From assembly GCA_016748015.1 (NCBI GenBank), contig JAAOMT010000771.1, positions 66,443-130,442 on the forward strand: 64,000 nt of DNA, written 5' to 3'. Made by a program: the position numbers and the translations under genes. Under the pieces are notes generated by a model. The model had not been told where the DNA came from and did no database searches. It saw nothing but the letters and a program-made list of their open reading frames with translations. The DNA comes from Geosiphon pyriformis uo1 (lineage: Eukaryota > Fungi > Glomeromycota). Position 1 is the stretch's first letter, and every line of letters begins with the position of its first letter. This document shows, one piece after another, positions 49,660 through 64,000 of this stretch.

Positions 49660-51840
49660 AAAAAATGTTGGTATAATATCATCATTCTCTTTGTCCCATG
49701 TGGTGACTGTAATCTCCTCCTTGTTAAATGTAAGTCCAAATTCAACAGCCCTATTTAATCCTAAATGGACATTGGGTAAACTTTCGGGACATTAAAAGAA
49801 ATTAAAAGTGTTTTCAGCAAATATGTTGGAAAAAATTATTTATTTATCAAGATACCTTATCGTCATTTCACCTACTAGCTTCATATCAGGGTCATCACAA
49901 TAATAACCATTTTTTTTAGAGTATAATATATTTAAAGTTAATATGTTCTTGATTAGCTCTAACAGGATATCAACCGGTGCTGTTACTCTACGTGCGACTA
50001 AACGATCAAATTTTAAAATACAACCCTCCGGAGTTTTATGTTTATTTGGATCAACTCCTTCTTTCCAAACGGTTGAGATTTGAATTTCATAAGTATATTT
50101 CAATACACGCGATTTCACCAGTGGTTTATCAAGTCCCCAATGAATTTCATCACAATTTATTAAAAACATAAAACCGCCACCTTTAATGAAATTAAGCTCT
50201 TGAAACTTACATAATGTACGGCACCACGTAAAATCGCAGCGAGAGGATTCTGTGGTACGACTATTATACCAATTTCTTGACTAAATATTTTTTTGATTCT
50301 TGCGATCAGATAGGGACTTTCGGCAAATCATCCAACCACAAAAATTGCTGAACATTTATCCTCTCTATTGGCGTTGATTTGATTTCGAATCAATCTAATA
50401 ATTTTATCTACAACTGGATCAAACATGGCCTTAATATCCTCAAATTGAAGTTCAACCATCCATTCATCTTCCTCCATTTGTTTCTTAACGTTAGTGTTGA
50501 TATATTGTTTTAAGGCTAGACAAAAGTGTTCGATATAAAGTTCAATTGGTCGAAAGGTGGAAGAATCATCGTGAAACCAGTGTTTCACATGTTGACAGAA
50601 AAATTTATTAACTAAATATTGATATCAGCCATAATATCTTTCTTTAAAGACTTTCATTGCTTTTATGCCAAACCATCGTCCAAGAAATAGAATAAAATTC
50701 AGTGTCAACATAGGTACTACCACAAAGATAGCCAGTGCGCTCGGTAATTTCACCCAATTTGTTTTCTGCCAGCAATTTTCGCGTGGTCAAGTCAACTGAT
50801 CCTCTTCCACAGTCACAAACCATAAACGATGCTAATAATGATACAAGAAAAAATTAGCGTTTCAACTAACATACACCTCATGTTAATTTATTAATGATTC
50901 GAAAAACCAACCTCCAACGTCTAATTGATCTTCTTTTAAAATTTGCATGCAATAAATAACTGCTGCTTTGGCTGTTAGCCAAGATAGTAAAATAGAAGTG
51001 TTTAGATAAATGAAAAATCATGCCAAATTGGAATAAGTCATTTTAAGAATTTACGTTCTGATATAAATTCGAAATTGGTTGCATGCTTTGTGGCCAAGAA
51101 ACCAGCCTTGAATATACAATCCCGAAAAATTCCTTTAGTTCCGGGTACCTATGCAAAAAAAAATAGCAATGATTCGGTTTAAGTAAATTAGGCATAAAAT
51201 TCTCGAATCTTATCTACAGAAATATAGAAACTAGTGGAAAGTCGTAATCTACCCATTTGGCTAGAACAGTGAAGACAAACAGGACTTGAGGGAAAATTAT
51301 ACCAAGCCATTGTTTTTCCAGAGTTTCTTTTATCAACTTAAAGCAACTCAAATAAATATTATGTGATCTCATAGAGTTATAAAATTACAGCAATTGTAAA
51401 CCTTTTGCATTTCACATAGGAAATCAGTGATTGCAGTCCTAAAATTTAAACCGATCGGCATTTTTGGCTTTTTTTCTTCGCTCATATCAGCCAAATGAAG
51501 TTTAAAAAACTCAACGGGAGGAGGATCAATAAATTTTTTATCTCTTTTGGATGGTTCTTTAGCAATGACCGCGTAGCCCCACAACTTCACTTTTCAATCA
51601 TTATCATATTGAAGAACCGTATTTGTTTTTGGGGAGATGTGTCTGAGAAATGAGTCGTGAACCATGACATCATGATTAATTTTGTGACTATAAGCAAAAC
51701 CTAAAAAAACCAAGATATTTCTTTTATTTTTGATTCTAACACATAAAAAACTGTTGAAAACTTTTGAAGAAGCATTTCTACCGCTGTAAGTCGTGCCAAA
51801 ATCAATGGCTACAACAACTCGAAGATCTATTGCAAACCTA
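49660..51840 (-). pseudogene. HSPA12-like Hsp70 / actin-like ATPase pseudogene, multi-exon
   Basis: 'VVVAIDFGTTYSG|FAYSH', 'PKTNTVLQYD', 'FFKLHL', 'FMVCDCGRGSVDLTT', 'CGSTYVD', 'MFDPVVDKII', 'IFVVG*FAESPYL', 'AILRGAVHY'. In-frame TGA at ~51594 and ~50328, plus a frameshift at ~50700. Confidence 0.88.
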
Positions 51841-52399
51841 AGTAATTTATTCACAAAGTTTAAAGCTCTTGTTTTTTCACAAAAAAAAAGAAAAAAGAAT
51901 TTATGCAAAATCCCAAATAGAGAATGCTAAAATTCAGATCTTTGGTCCAACCAAGCTAGTTTGTTTTTCGTACAAATACTACGTGTAGTCAAGAATAAAT
52001 GGGCTAAGCTTAGAATGGCTATGCCTATTTGTTTATCGGTTGCAAAAACTTTTAAAACAAGTTTGAGCCCAAAATTGAACAAGGAAAACGTCGTAGAATG
52101 ACAATAGCAATCTCTTCGGCTTATTATTTTCCCAATATTTAGAATTGAAGGCTGATTGTAACTACTGGTCAGCGGCTTTTCCTTTCTTCACTTTCTTAAC
52201 CATGTTAAAATATAAATTTGAAAATAAATAAAAAAAATATGAATTTTTTTCTAAAACGTTTCAATATTGTATAAAAATAAAAATAATGTAAATTTTAAAT
52301 ATTTTATTTAAATATCGGTTTTTATAAAAAAAAATTTTAGCAATAATTGCAAAATTATTTTTAAATAATAAAATATTCAAAAAAATACAATATAAAAAA

Positions 52400-55300
52400 A
52401 CATTATATGCCAAAAAATATGAACATTTACCAATTAAATCATCAGTATTATTATTATTAATTATTTCCACTTTTGTATATAACTTAAGTCTTTAAATTAA
52501 ATAACTAAGTTTTGGTTTTATAATTAATTATCAAAAAATAATATTTTTACTGATTTTTTAAACAAATTTTTTAAAACAAATTTCTTAGTTAAGACTGTAT
52601 ACAAACCCCAAATTTTTGTTCAAATTACATATAATTTACAAAATAGCCAAGTTATTGAATATTTCTTCTAATTTCTAAATTCTTTAAATATAATCTGAAA
52701 TTTTTATGACACCACATTTGCTGTAAACTGAGCTAAAATCTTAAAGTTATAAATCTTTTTTTAACACTGTTGACAATTTATTATGTACAATCTTCATTAT
52801 ATGTATATGTAAATTTGCAAATTTAAACTGGATTTAATATTTAAATCAGGAATTTTATATAATATTTAAACTCTTTTTAACCAAATGTATTTACACATTT
52901 TAAAACAAGCTTTGCCTTTTAGCAGAAACAATCAACATTTTTATATAAGTGTTTTATTACATATTGTGCATTCACAAATATTATTGACCCTATTTTTGCT
53001 TTTTAAATATAAGTTTATCAAATTTAAACACAACAAAGGCCGAAAATTTACAGTTTTATTAGCCAAAAATCTGGTTTTAAAACACTTACATGTTCTCTGA
53101 TCTTAATTTAATTTATAGTTAAATTTTTTTTCTTAATTAATGTTATAATTCTGCATTTTTCAACCCAATATTTGCTTCGAGAATCAGATCAATTTTTTTT
53201 CAATTCAATTTTACACCATTTAATTATCTGTTAATATTGTTGATTTTTTGTAAACAGAAATTATTTCTATTATTAATACAATTGCTTATAATTTTGTAAT
53301 ATTAATAACATTATGGAAACTTTTAATTTTTAGTTATATTAATTATCCACGCATATTGATTTAGTTATTAACTCGATTATTAATCTGATTATTGACTGAA
53401 TTATTAATGTGATTACAAATTTAATAATTGATCCCTTTTCAAAAGTATATAAGTAAAACTCTCCAAAGTTATAAAAAAGTATTCACACATGGATCAATTA
53501 AATTTTGATAAAGATCAAAACAATGATATCAACTTCTTTAAATTTCTTTTTACTATTTCTTTTTTTTTCTTTTCTTGATTTGTATATTGTTAGCTTTTGT
53601 GAAGAATATTGAATAAAGATTTATTGAAAAGTACAAACAATACCTGTTATTGAATTATAAAAGCAAAAACATAAGGCATATAATTATAACAGATGTATTT
53701 TTTTTTGTTGACAGTACAAACTATTCCTTAACTTTCAGATTCTCTTGTTACTTTTGTGAATAATAATAACTGAAATATTAATGAAACTGATCTTGTACAT
53801 TGAATTCTTACAAATTTAATTCACTTATTAAAGTTGAATTTCTCTTTTATCATTTTTCACCATACAATATTTTGTTTTACTTTGCTATCTGTTAATTTGT
53901 TATTTCAATCTGTAATAATATCATTATTTTCAACTTTAATTCTCATGTTTAAACTTTCAAAGCACATTATACTATCTTTTTTACTGATTTAAATTCCAGG
54001 TTTTTAATTGAATCATTAATAAAAATAAAAATACTACAATTTTTACTCTTTTTTAATTTGTTTTATTACCAGCATTCTTTATTTTTTCAAATTTTACGTA
54101 TTAATAAACTAATTAAAAACAAATATATATAACCAAAAGTTTGAATGCATTTAAACTTATATTACAAGTATTTAGTTTGCACTTAATCAAATTCTTATTA
54201 TTTTAGCCAAAAAATTATTCAATGAATTAATTTTAAGCCTTATAAAACAAATAACAGAATTTTTAAATCTATATTTGAAAAGTCTATTAAGTATTTTATC
54301 GAAATTAGAAAACTTAATAAAAACTGCTATTTTAATTTTTGTTTGCACTTACTTAAATGTTTTGATTCTATATAGCAAAAAATAATAAATAACTTTACTA
54401 AAAAATCTTTAAACAATTTGCTTTAGATTTTAGATTGCTTCTAATAAAATGCTTCCATTTTTTACAAATTTTTTTGTTAACAAAACTTATTTGCATTCAA
54501 AAATTAATAATTGAAAATAGAATTATTGAAACCAAGTAATAATATTGTTTGTCTAAAATAGCTTTTCTAAGCATTTTGTTTGCAAAATATTTAATATTAG
54601 CATAAATTTTTTTAAGTTAGTTTACTCCAATCCTTTGTTCAAAGCATAATATCAAGCTATTAATAAAATTCTTTTGGTTTTATGACAGAAATATTTTTTT
54701 ACTAATAATCAATATTGTTTTCAAATTTTATAATTAATTAATATACTACTGTTTTTTTATTATCTATCAAAATATTATTAATCATAAAAAATTTATTTGC
54801 AATATTCAAAATATATTAGATAGTTGTATGACTATAGCTAATTTATATTGTGCTATCAACAAAAGCACATTGCAAAAAATAATGTTCAGTTTGTTTTAAC
54901 TTCAAAATGTCTAGTTTTAGAAATAAGTTTTAAGTCAATATAATATTATAACATACTTTGTTTTTTTTACACAAATTTAGTTTTAAAAAAATTCAACTTA
55001 TTAAGTTATATGTTTTATGTATATTCTGCAAAAACCATTTACAATTCTTTGTTTTTTTTGTGTATTCTCAATTACTAATCCAACAGTAAAAATAGAAATT
55101 CAAATGAATGTATCTTTTAACATTAAAAAACTATTACCATAAAGCAAAAACTTATAATTACAGTCTGTAGAGATGAGTTTAATAATAATTTTAAAAGTAT
55201 TTTTTTAACAGTTTTAATTAGTGTAATAGATTTAGTACTTGTTAACAAAATTTTCTATTTACATGGTTTAGAAGTTATTATTATTTATTTATTTAATAAG

Positions 55301-57000
55301 CAATGATTAAATATATTTAATAAAAACCCCAAAATAAATAAATTACTGCATTTGCAAATTTATTTAGAATTTTAAAAAAGCCTGTAGCTTTATTGTTAAG
55401 CAAATGTTTTGACACTTTTAAGAATTCATCTATTCTAATATAATTCATAATTTTAACAAAACTATTATCTTTTATGTATTCCATAAACTTATATTAATTT
55501 TTTCAAACTACAAACATATTGTTTATAATATTTCTTTTAAGTTTATTATTTTATAATTGTATCAACTCTAGATCTAATCTCCTGAAGATTCAAAATAGTC
55601 TAACATTATCTTTTTAAATGGCTATTTTAAAATGCTTTTTATGATGTGCTTTTTATTTGTCTCTAAATTTTTTATTTTTTTATGAATTACTTTTTAAATT
55701 TGCATTTTTTTAGCATTTTTACTTTCTGTATTTTAAAACAGCAGTAAGATTTTCTAATTCTGGTCATTAAAATTTCTATTCTATTTAAGTTTTAACTTAA
55801 AACATCTTTTATCTTATCAATATTTTTTCTATTTAACTTATCTTATTATGTTAAGAGCTTTATTTAATTTTTTAACGCTATTTAATTCAAGAATCTTGAA
55901 AATTTTAGAAACAAGTAATTTAATTTATAAAACTTTAAAAACATTTGTTTATTGCAGAATTCTTATTTTTGAACCAATATTTTTTAAAATCTTTATTTTT
56001 AACTTGTATATTATATTTTTAAGAATATTTTACATAATATTTAAGTTATTATTTACTTTAATTTCATTACAATTAGGCAAATTGTCAATTGTATTTATCA
56101 ATATTTCCAGAATTAAACTGTTTTTACTTTTGGTTTTTAGTATTCTTTAATCTATATTTTCATTACTTTTTATTGCTTGTTTGCAAATTGCATTTGTTTT
56201 GAAATTAATTAGATTTTTTAGCCTTATAAAATTGAAAATATTTTATAATTTGCATTAAAACATTTACCTATTTATAAACTTTCTTATTAATTATTGTGCC
56301 AAATATTTTAGCATGAAAGCATATATAATTAATTAGTTTTAAGTGTTTATGAAATTATTTTAAATTTATTTTTTTGACATAAAATTATTTGGTAATATAT
56401 ACTAAAACCAAAACTTTTAAATTACAACAAATTAGCCACTCTTTAAATTATTTTTATTAAGATCTCTTTTAACCAAAAGAAAAAAAAGTTCAAAAACATA
56501 GAAAAATTTGTATAAAAAAGAGCTTTTATTATGTAGAAAATGTATCTTATATTAAATATTTTAAGCAAAATACTACTTCCAACACTTAAAATAAAAACAA
56601 TTCATTGAAAAAAAATTCTTTTAACTACTAACTATAGATATATTAGTTTATCAATAGACCCAAAATTAGTTATTATAATTGTTTTTATAAAATTAATTCG
56701 AATTGAGTTTTAAAATCGGGATAATTCATTATAAGTTTGAATACTTTAAAAAAAATACTTAAGATTTATTAAAAATTAGACTTGATTGAATTTATAAACT
56801 GGTTAATAACTTCTTAAAACATAAGTTATTACATTGAAGATTTTCTTCTGCTGAAAATGAAAAGCAATTACTGAAAACTTGGATTTAGCTATTAGCTTAT
56901 AATATTTTCCTACACAAAAAAAAATAGTGTAATAACAGAATTAGGCCAAAATTTTGACAGCAATATATCTATTAGAATTAAAATAATTTTGCAATAGAAT
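52400..57000 (-). mobile_element. Old, heavily AT-shifted LINE relic related to the two young LINEs
   Basis: 'YIKDNSFVKIMNYIRIDEFLKVSKHLLNNKATGFFKILNK' (~55360-55480), 'LLYGNSFLMLKDTFI*ISIFTVGLVIENTQKK' (~55050-55150), 'KNLTIN*IKIREH' (~53100) and 'YIMKIVHNKLS' (~52790) match ORF2 of the LINE at 21.7 kb in the correct order. Ends are uncertain. Confidence 0.75.
53309..53917 (+). repeat. Solo LTR related to the Gypsy C LTR, nested in the LINE relic
   Basis: 53600-53917 aligns with the reverse complement of 28665-28985 (for example GGCATA(T/G)AATTATA, ACTGATCTT..ACATTGAAT). A 12-bp array is at ~53370-53430. The left end is approximate. Confidence 0.8.
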
Positions 57001-59452
57001 AAACATAATCAAAAAATAAAATCTTTAATAATCTTGTGATAATAAAATTAAATTATTTATATGCTTATGTCATCTTATAATGTTTTTTGTTTAGCAAAAT
57101 TGCTTATTTTTTGTATTAAATGTTGCTACTTTCTATATTAATTTATTTATAATAAAATAATATCATTTAAAGTTTATACAGTTTTTAAAAATTTTAACTT
57201 AGCTATTAAATTCATAACAATATTTGAAAATTCTTGAAAACTTTGCTTTATCCTATTTATTCTCTTTATTATATAGATATTAGCATTATAAACAACCGCT
57301 AACAAGTTTTTATTACACTATTTATTAATGAATTTTGCTTAAAAACTACTATTAAAAACTAATATTAATAAATTTTTAAGAAAAATCTGAAAAAAATCTT
57401 TGTTAATAGTAATTAGCATAATTAAACTTTGTTCTGTTTTGGTTATTTATAACTCAAATTCTTTAAACATTCTTATTTTTAATATTTCTTAAATTAAAGT
57501 TTATTTTTTATTACAAAATCTGTAATTAAATATTTTATTTTTGAATATCTTTTATAAAATTCATTTTAATACTTTTTTACTTTTATTTTTGGCTGAAAGT
57601 ATTTACAGTGCCAGCTTTTAAACAAAAAAACTACTTGAAAAATAATTATTATTAATTAAATAAACAATATATAAAAATTTGTAAAAAAAATATATAAAGA
57701 ACTTCAAAACAATGAAACTTTTACTATGTAAAAATGTTTTCTAGCTTTTTTCAATTAAGAAATTAATCCATTTTTTAATAAATATCAGTGAATATATTTT
57801 GAAAAACGTTTTAAAATTTGTTTTTTTATGTTTTAATTAAGTATAATCTTATCAAAATTTATAATGTTTTTATTTTTAAAAGTTAAACTATACAGTTAAC
57901 TTATGTTTTTTATAATATATAATTAATTATTCAAATTTAAATTAATAAATATTATTTATCTTTTAAACTAAATATATTTAATGTTTCTATTTTTCAGTCT
58001 TCTTTTTACAAAACATTATTTTTTTTCTAAATATATACTACATATATTATAAATTTTTTTATAACTTAAATAACAGCAGACAAATTTCCAAAATTATGCT
58101 CATTAAAAAAATAGGTTTTTTTTCTATTCTTAAACTGGCTAGAGTTTTTAAGCAAATAAAAAATTAACTTAAATATACCTTTAATTTAAAAATTTGATAA
58201 AACAAATTTAATTTCAATATTTATAGCAAAATTTATTTGGTTTAACAACAATAAACTCAACCAATTTTGACAAGTTTTAAAGTTTTAACTTAAATAAGTT
58301 AATCTTAGAATTATAATTAGCATTGACAAAATCAATAGAAGAAATAATATTATAAATTTTTGAAAAAACAACAACTTTAACATAAAACACAAATTAATAA
58401 ATCAATTAACAAAAATTTTAAATATGACAAAAAACTTAAAAACTGCTTAAAAACAACAACAAAAATAGTATTATAAATACACATCAAATAATTTTTATAC
58501 AAAGTATTAATTTATTAAAAGGTTTTCTAAACTTGAAAATAATAATAAAAAATTATTAATAATAATTAATATTAAAAAATTAAAGAATAAAACAAGTTTA
58601 TTTACCAATTTGAAAAACCAAATTACTAATTTTAAAGACTGTACAATTATAAAAAAAGTTGATTGATTTGGTTTTAAAATATTATAAAAAATAATAACTT
58701 CTTTTTAATTGACAAAAAAAGTTTAAATATTATTTTTAATTATTAAAACTAACTAATAAATAAAAATAGCATAAACAACTTCAAAAAACTTAAAATATAT
58801 AACAACATATTAAAAACCAATAGATTTTAGTTTAATACTCACAAAATTATTAAAAATACTTGATCTTTTTAAAAATAATATTCAAAAAAATTATATAAAG
58901 TTACAATAACAAAAGCAAAAACAGACTTATAAAAATTTTATAATTTTAAAAGAAATAAAAAAAAGAATCAGAAAGCTTAATTTAATTTAAGAAAACTTGA
59001 AATACAAACTTTATACAAAAAACTTTGTTATTGTTCTTTATAATTAACTTCAAACCAAAAAAACTTATATAAATTCAAAAGCAAACTTAATATAAACTAT
59101 TTTAATTTTAGCAATTTTACCAGACATTTAAATAAAAACCACTTATTTAAAAATATTTTAATAATTTGCATTAATTTTTTAGTTATTACCAAAAACAATA
59201 TTTGCAAAAAAAATTATTTTTATTTAATTAATTCAGTTTTAAAATTAGGTAACTTAATAAAATACTATTGTTTATAATCAGATTTAGAATAAGCACTGTA
59301 ATTAGTATAGTTATAACAAAAAAACAAGCTTTAAAGTAAAAATAGTGTTCTTAAAAACACTAATAAAAATAGCTTTTTTTAGATATTATTAAATTAACTT
59401 TTTTAGATAAAAAAAGTTGTACTCAAAGCCAAAAACAATATTTTAATAGTAG

Positions 59453-62400
59453 TTTTTTTTTATTAAAGTTTAACAAGTGGAATTCAAACACCACTTAGTG
59501 CTATATATCATATAAATGATTTAAACTAAGCAAGAATCATGTCTTTGCTACACATGACCAGACATTCAGACTAGTCAGAACAACACTATGTACTTATATG
59601 AACTGAAGCCATGTCACCAACACCTGCATAAAACAAACAACACTTATAATACCCAAAACTAATGCCAAGTGCATTAGCAACACTCAACAACCTAATTACT
59701 CTAGCCGATCATGTGGAATCAACTTATTCTTCTTCATAATGGCCCGGTGTTTCACATGGACCAGCCAGATATTATTACGAAATGCAAGACAAAACTTCCA
59801 TATAAAATTTACAACATTGACCACTACCATCTTAGGATCCTTGTAAACAGAAACAAACTCACAATACCAATTGCCAAAAACAAAACCCTTACACAGAATT
59901 GTACTGACAATCACATCCAAAATACAAGTCAACAACAACTGCAATATGTACGAAAAAGAATGAAACAGACCAGAATGCACCTCCCAGGCAGCTACATAAG
60001 TGTCTAACAAATTGGCGCAATTATCAGCATCAGAAAAGCAAGAAAAGACATGGTTTGAGACTTCTACCTCACCACAAAACAAACAAATTACACTGGAATA
60101 ACCCCTATCATACAGATGCTTTCGCACAGCAACAGGAAAGTGATGATAAAGAGCTTTCATAAAATATGTACAAAAGCCAGCCATCCAAATACTAGTAAAA
60201 CCAGTCACCATGTGAGAATTCAGGTGCCACACCAGAGAGGACCTCAACCAGTCAATATCAGCATGCAAACAACCTGGAACAACTCAGGAACCAGAACCAA
60301 TCTCCCAATGCGCACGATGGATTGACCTGAATATGTCATGAACAAAATGCCTCAAATTACCAAAAACTGTATTAACACCAGCCTTCAAAAACCTCTCACT
60401 GACCAAGTGGGGCAAATGCCAGGCAGAAAGGGCAGCATTCTTAGCCAGCGCATCAGCACACTCGTTGCCTGAGACACTCAAATGGCCTTTAACCTTAATC
60501 CAATTAACATCCAAATTTTTGTGATAAATAACATTGGTGATGTGACGATGCTCAATTCAACAACAATTCTTGAAATCAGGGCCAACCAATAAAGACTTCG
60601 ACCTGCAAGCATTGATAGCCACCTGGCTGTTCAAGAACAAATCAACTGAATGAAAAGAAGAAACACACTCAAAAACCAAAGCAATGGTCTGCAACTCTGC
60701 CAAAGTAGAAAAAACCAAACCAGAAACCCCTACACTCAGACCCAAATTAATGTTTTCAAAGAAAACTGCAGCACCAGCCAATATGTCAACAGTGTCTAAG
60801 TTACTCAGAGACCCATCTGTGTACACAGAGAGGCAGGCGGCACCTACACTCAACAGATCATTACAAATAACACCAAAACCAAGAGACTGACAGATGTCAG
60901 AAGAACCACCAACACTCTCATAAGGGAAATGACAAGAAGGAAAAGCTACACCACTAAAAAAACATACAGAGAAATCAAACTAAAAGGGGACCAGGCCATG
61001 AGAGTTCAGTCTTTTCCAACACTTGAAAGTCTTCCAATCAAAAACAATGCCATTCCAGTCACAAAGCTGTTCTACAAAAGCAATACCATAATGCCTAAGG
61101 GAGGAGACACATTTGAAGAAAATTGTCTTACTGAGTACTAGAGACATAGAAGTACCATACCAAAGACAAAAAGCATCAGCCAGAGATCTACCCAAAGACA
61201 AATCACACCCAGAAAAAATACAAACCACACCTGCCAAAAAGTTGTTTGAAGGGCTGACTTTAACACGAACAGAAAACAACAAAGAGTGACGAGAACACCA
61301 GTTAAGAACCTGGAGATTGTGAGACCTATAAGAAAACAAGCAACCCAAAACACCAACCGAATTTGCAAAAGCAATAACAGAAGCCAACTTGCTCTCAGCC
61401 TGAATTTGCTCAAAAGTCTTTAAATTGTACAAGAAAGAATAATAAAGTGCATCATTGGGAAAGTCCAAAGACAGCCCAGATTTGAATTTCAGGACCTTGT
61501 GAATTAAAGCATTCCATTTATTACACATACTGAGAGGAATAAAACTGAACTGAGTTTTGTAGCTAACAATATGAAAGAGAACTGAAGACACCAAATAAGC
61601 AAACTGTTTATCTGAAATAATTTTTTTCAGAATAAAATTGACAAAAAACCGAATATCTGAATGTGCCTTAACCAAGCTAGACTTTGAAAGACCATTAGAA
61701 GATAAAAAAATACCCAGATAATGATGAGATTCACCTCTTTTAGTGATGGAAATTGGCATATCACTGATAGTTAAGTAAAGAGCAGTGACCTGACAGTTGA
61801 TAGAAATGGCCACAGTTTTGTCATTGTTTATCGAAATGTCATTTAAATAAAAGAACTCACTAGCAACATTGAGGATGTGTTGTGTAGCAGCTTGGCTGCT
61901 ACCGACCCAGATAGTATTATCAACAAAAGCACTAGTGGCCAGAAATGATGTTAGCCCAGCTTGAGATTCTACTTGGCCAGTCTTAGAAACAAAATGAGAA
62001 ATCAACCTGTAACCACAAATGCTCTTCTGTTTCTTAACCTTACACAAAAGCAAATCATAAAATATGCACTAGAGAAGTGGTGAAAAAACCTCTCCCTGAT
62101 CTAATCCATCGTGAACATGATATCTATTAGTCAAACCAAAATCTGTCATCACTCTGTTAGTGCAACCATTATGAATGCTACCAAAAAATCTGATAAATTT
62201 GTCACATATTTTGATCCTGATCAAACTCCTCTTGAGATGTTCCCAACCAACAGAATCATAAGCTTTGCGCATATCCTGTAAAACCAGCCACAACTTTCAG
62301 TTTTTTTCCAAAGCATCATCGATCACTGAACCAATAACAAAGATAGGCGATTGAGTAGACATATTTTTCAGAACAGAGAAATTGTCCCCACAGAGAACAT

Positions 62401-64000
62401 TAAAAGTGCTACAAGCCAGAGAGATCTGATTTGAAAGAATCTTGGAAAGGATCTTGCAAGCTGTTTCAATCAAAACAATAGGGTGAGTATTTGTAAGAAC
62501 CTCTTCTCACTCGTAAGATTTAAGAATTATTAAGACCCAGGTTTCCCTCCAAGATCCAAGTACTGACTAACAACCCAAACAAAAATTTAAGAGCACTAAA
62601 AGCATATCCAAGACTGACTTGTAACAGTGTTTCTAAAGTTTATTAAGGATACCAGAAAGACCAGCTGCTTTCTCATCGGGCAAATTTGAAATAATACCAA
62701 ACATCTCATCAAAACCAATTGAATACATTATATCAGAGAAGGCACCATTGAAAACATGATCCAAAAGCAGAAATTGCCTTGTCCAATCACCAAAAATATC
62801 AGAAGCCACCACACATTTTCTAGTCCAACTCTCCATGATTCCATCTACCTTAGATTTAACCAACTTAGGCTCCAGGACTAACTCTCTACCATCTACCAAA
62901 TGATCCAACACTACTTTACAAAAAGGATGCTCCAAAACACTTTTAATAGTGTGACTCTTATCCACCTCAAAACTCTCTATTCTCCTCTTAATAGCCTGCC
63001 TTATACTAGATTCTTCAGCACACTTAGATTCCAACAACTTAGAAGAGCGGTAAGACTTTCTTGTCTTAGCCAGCCCAGAATGGATTGCATCAAAACCAGC
63101 ACCAGAAAAAAACAGAAATCTCACTGGTGAAGTGCTCACAGAATTAAGCCTGTTCCAAATATCCAACAACAAGACGAAATCTTCACCAAAAACCAACTGA
63201 AAAGCCTTCACCAGTTTAGACACAAGTAGCTCCAGTTTATGAAACCAGGAAGATACCTTATTAAAAACACAATCAAAACTCCTAAACCATTTTTTCTTGA
63301 ACATTCCACCAGCCAAAAGAATTATAACTTTATAAACAATGTCCCACATTGCATCCAGATCAGAAAACTGCTTAGTTACAACAAACTCATCTAAGAACAT
63401 AACAGCATTAGCAGCTGTAGCATTCCTGAATTCTGACCACTTAATCTTATTGGTATTTTTGACATCATACTTCCAACAATCTCTATTAGCTTGTTTGTGC
63501 AGTGAATTCAGCTGGACATTGAGCAGGCCATCCAGTCCCACAAAAACATAAACAGTCTTGTGATTAGTATCAAAATATTCCTCAACACCATCCACACCAC
63601 AATCCACCACCACACCAACCAAATTAGAAGAAACAAACATGTAGTCAATTGTCTTAGTAATACCACAAGAATTGTACCAAGTAGGTGACTTTACAAAAGA
63701 GCTCCCCCTCAGAGAGTTAATCAAACCCAAATCAAAACATTTTTTGAAACTGGCACATTTGTGCAAACCATCTTTATTAAAATCACTACCAAGAATAACA
63801 AAAGAAGACTCATTAATGGCTTTAGCAATAAGAGAGTTGATCTCACCAGCCTAAGAAAACTGAGCTACTGATGAAGCACCAGCATAGAGCCCCAAAATAG
63901 ACACTGAAAGTTTATTTTTGAAAAGCAACTTTATGGATAAGAGCTGACCAAGCACTTCAGAGATCTTGTAGATGTGCTTTGCTAAAGAAGAATTCATGAC
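59453..64000 (-). mobile_element. Second LINE (related subfamily), ORF2 and 3' end; continues beyond the window
   Basis: APE (TIDYMFVS), RT (LQDMRKAYDSV, GLDQGE, FVDN), RNase H (VYTDGS..WIKVKGH..GNECAD), CLFCGEVEVSNHVFSC, AATAAA plus poly(A) at 59453-59464. Confidence 0.95.

Noticed and set aside
43500-52270. Bacterial or endosymbiont HGT island suggested by the CpG shift
   Set aside because: It contains spliceosomal introns and eukaryotic families (HSPA12-like, Tc1), with no operon-like ORF density.
52261-56150. Short F/I/L/K/N-rich ORFs (52261, 52885, 55848; also 2033 and 13710)
   Set aside because: These are compositional artefacts of AT-rich DNA or antisense to decayed elements.

Overview
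AT-rich eukaryotic (fungal) DNA with spliceosomal introns. The TE and gene families look most like Glomeromycotina (Geosiphon/AM-fungus-like); this assignment is an inference. No intact protein-coding gene was found. The window holds four decayed Ty3/Gypsy elements: A (3.7-8.8 kb, -), B (9.2-13.3 kb, -), C (28.7-43.5 kb, -) and full-length D (30124-39509, +), which is nested in C's integrase. It also holds an LTR fragment, a solo LTR, two young RNase H-bearing LINEs (21.65-28.5 kb +, full length with TSD; 59.45-64 kb -), an old LINE relic, a Tc1 relic, and pseudogenes of a SAM-REase-kinase Crinkler-type effector, a PD-(D/E)XK nuclease, an HSPA12-like Hsp70 and a probable HMG box. The retroelements carry heavy C>T/G>A damage, while a sharply bounded 43.5-52.3 kb block keeps its CpGs. 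Most interesting are three retrovirus-like accessory features of the Gypsy lineage: (i) a reading frame inside the LTR, with a Phe-rich hydrophobic segment, that runs through the PBS into gag; (ii) a dUTPase plus a second dUTPase-like module in pol; (iii) a conserved third ORF in the env position that does not look like env. All translations and alignments were done by eye, so coordinates of decayed features are approximate.
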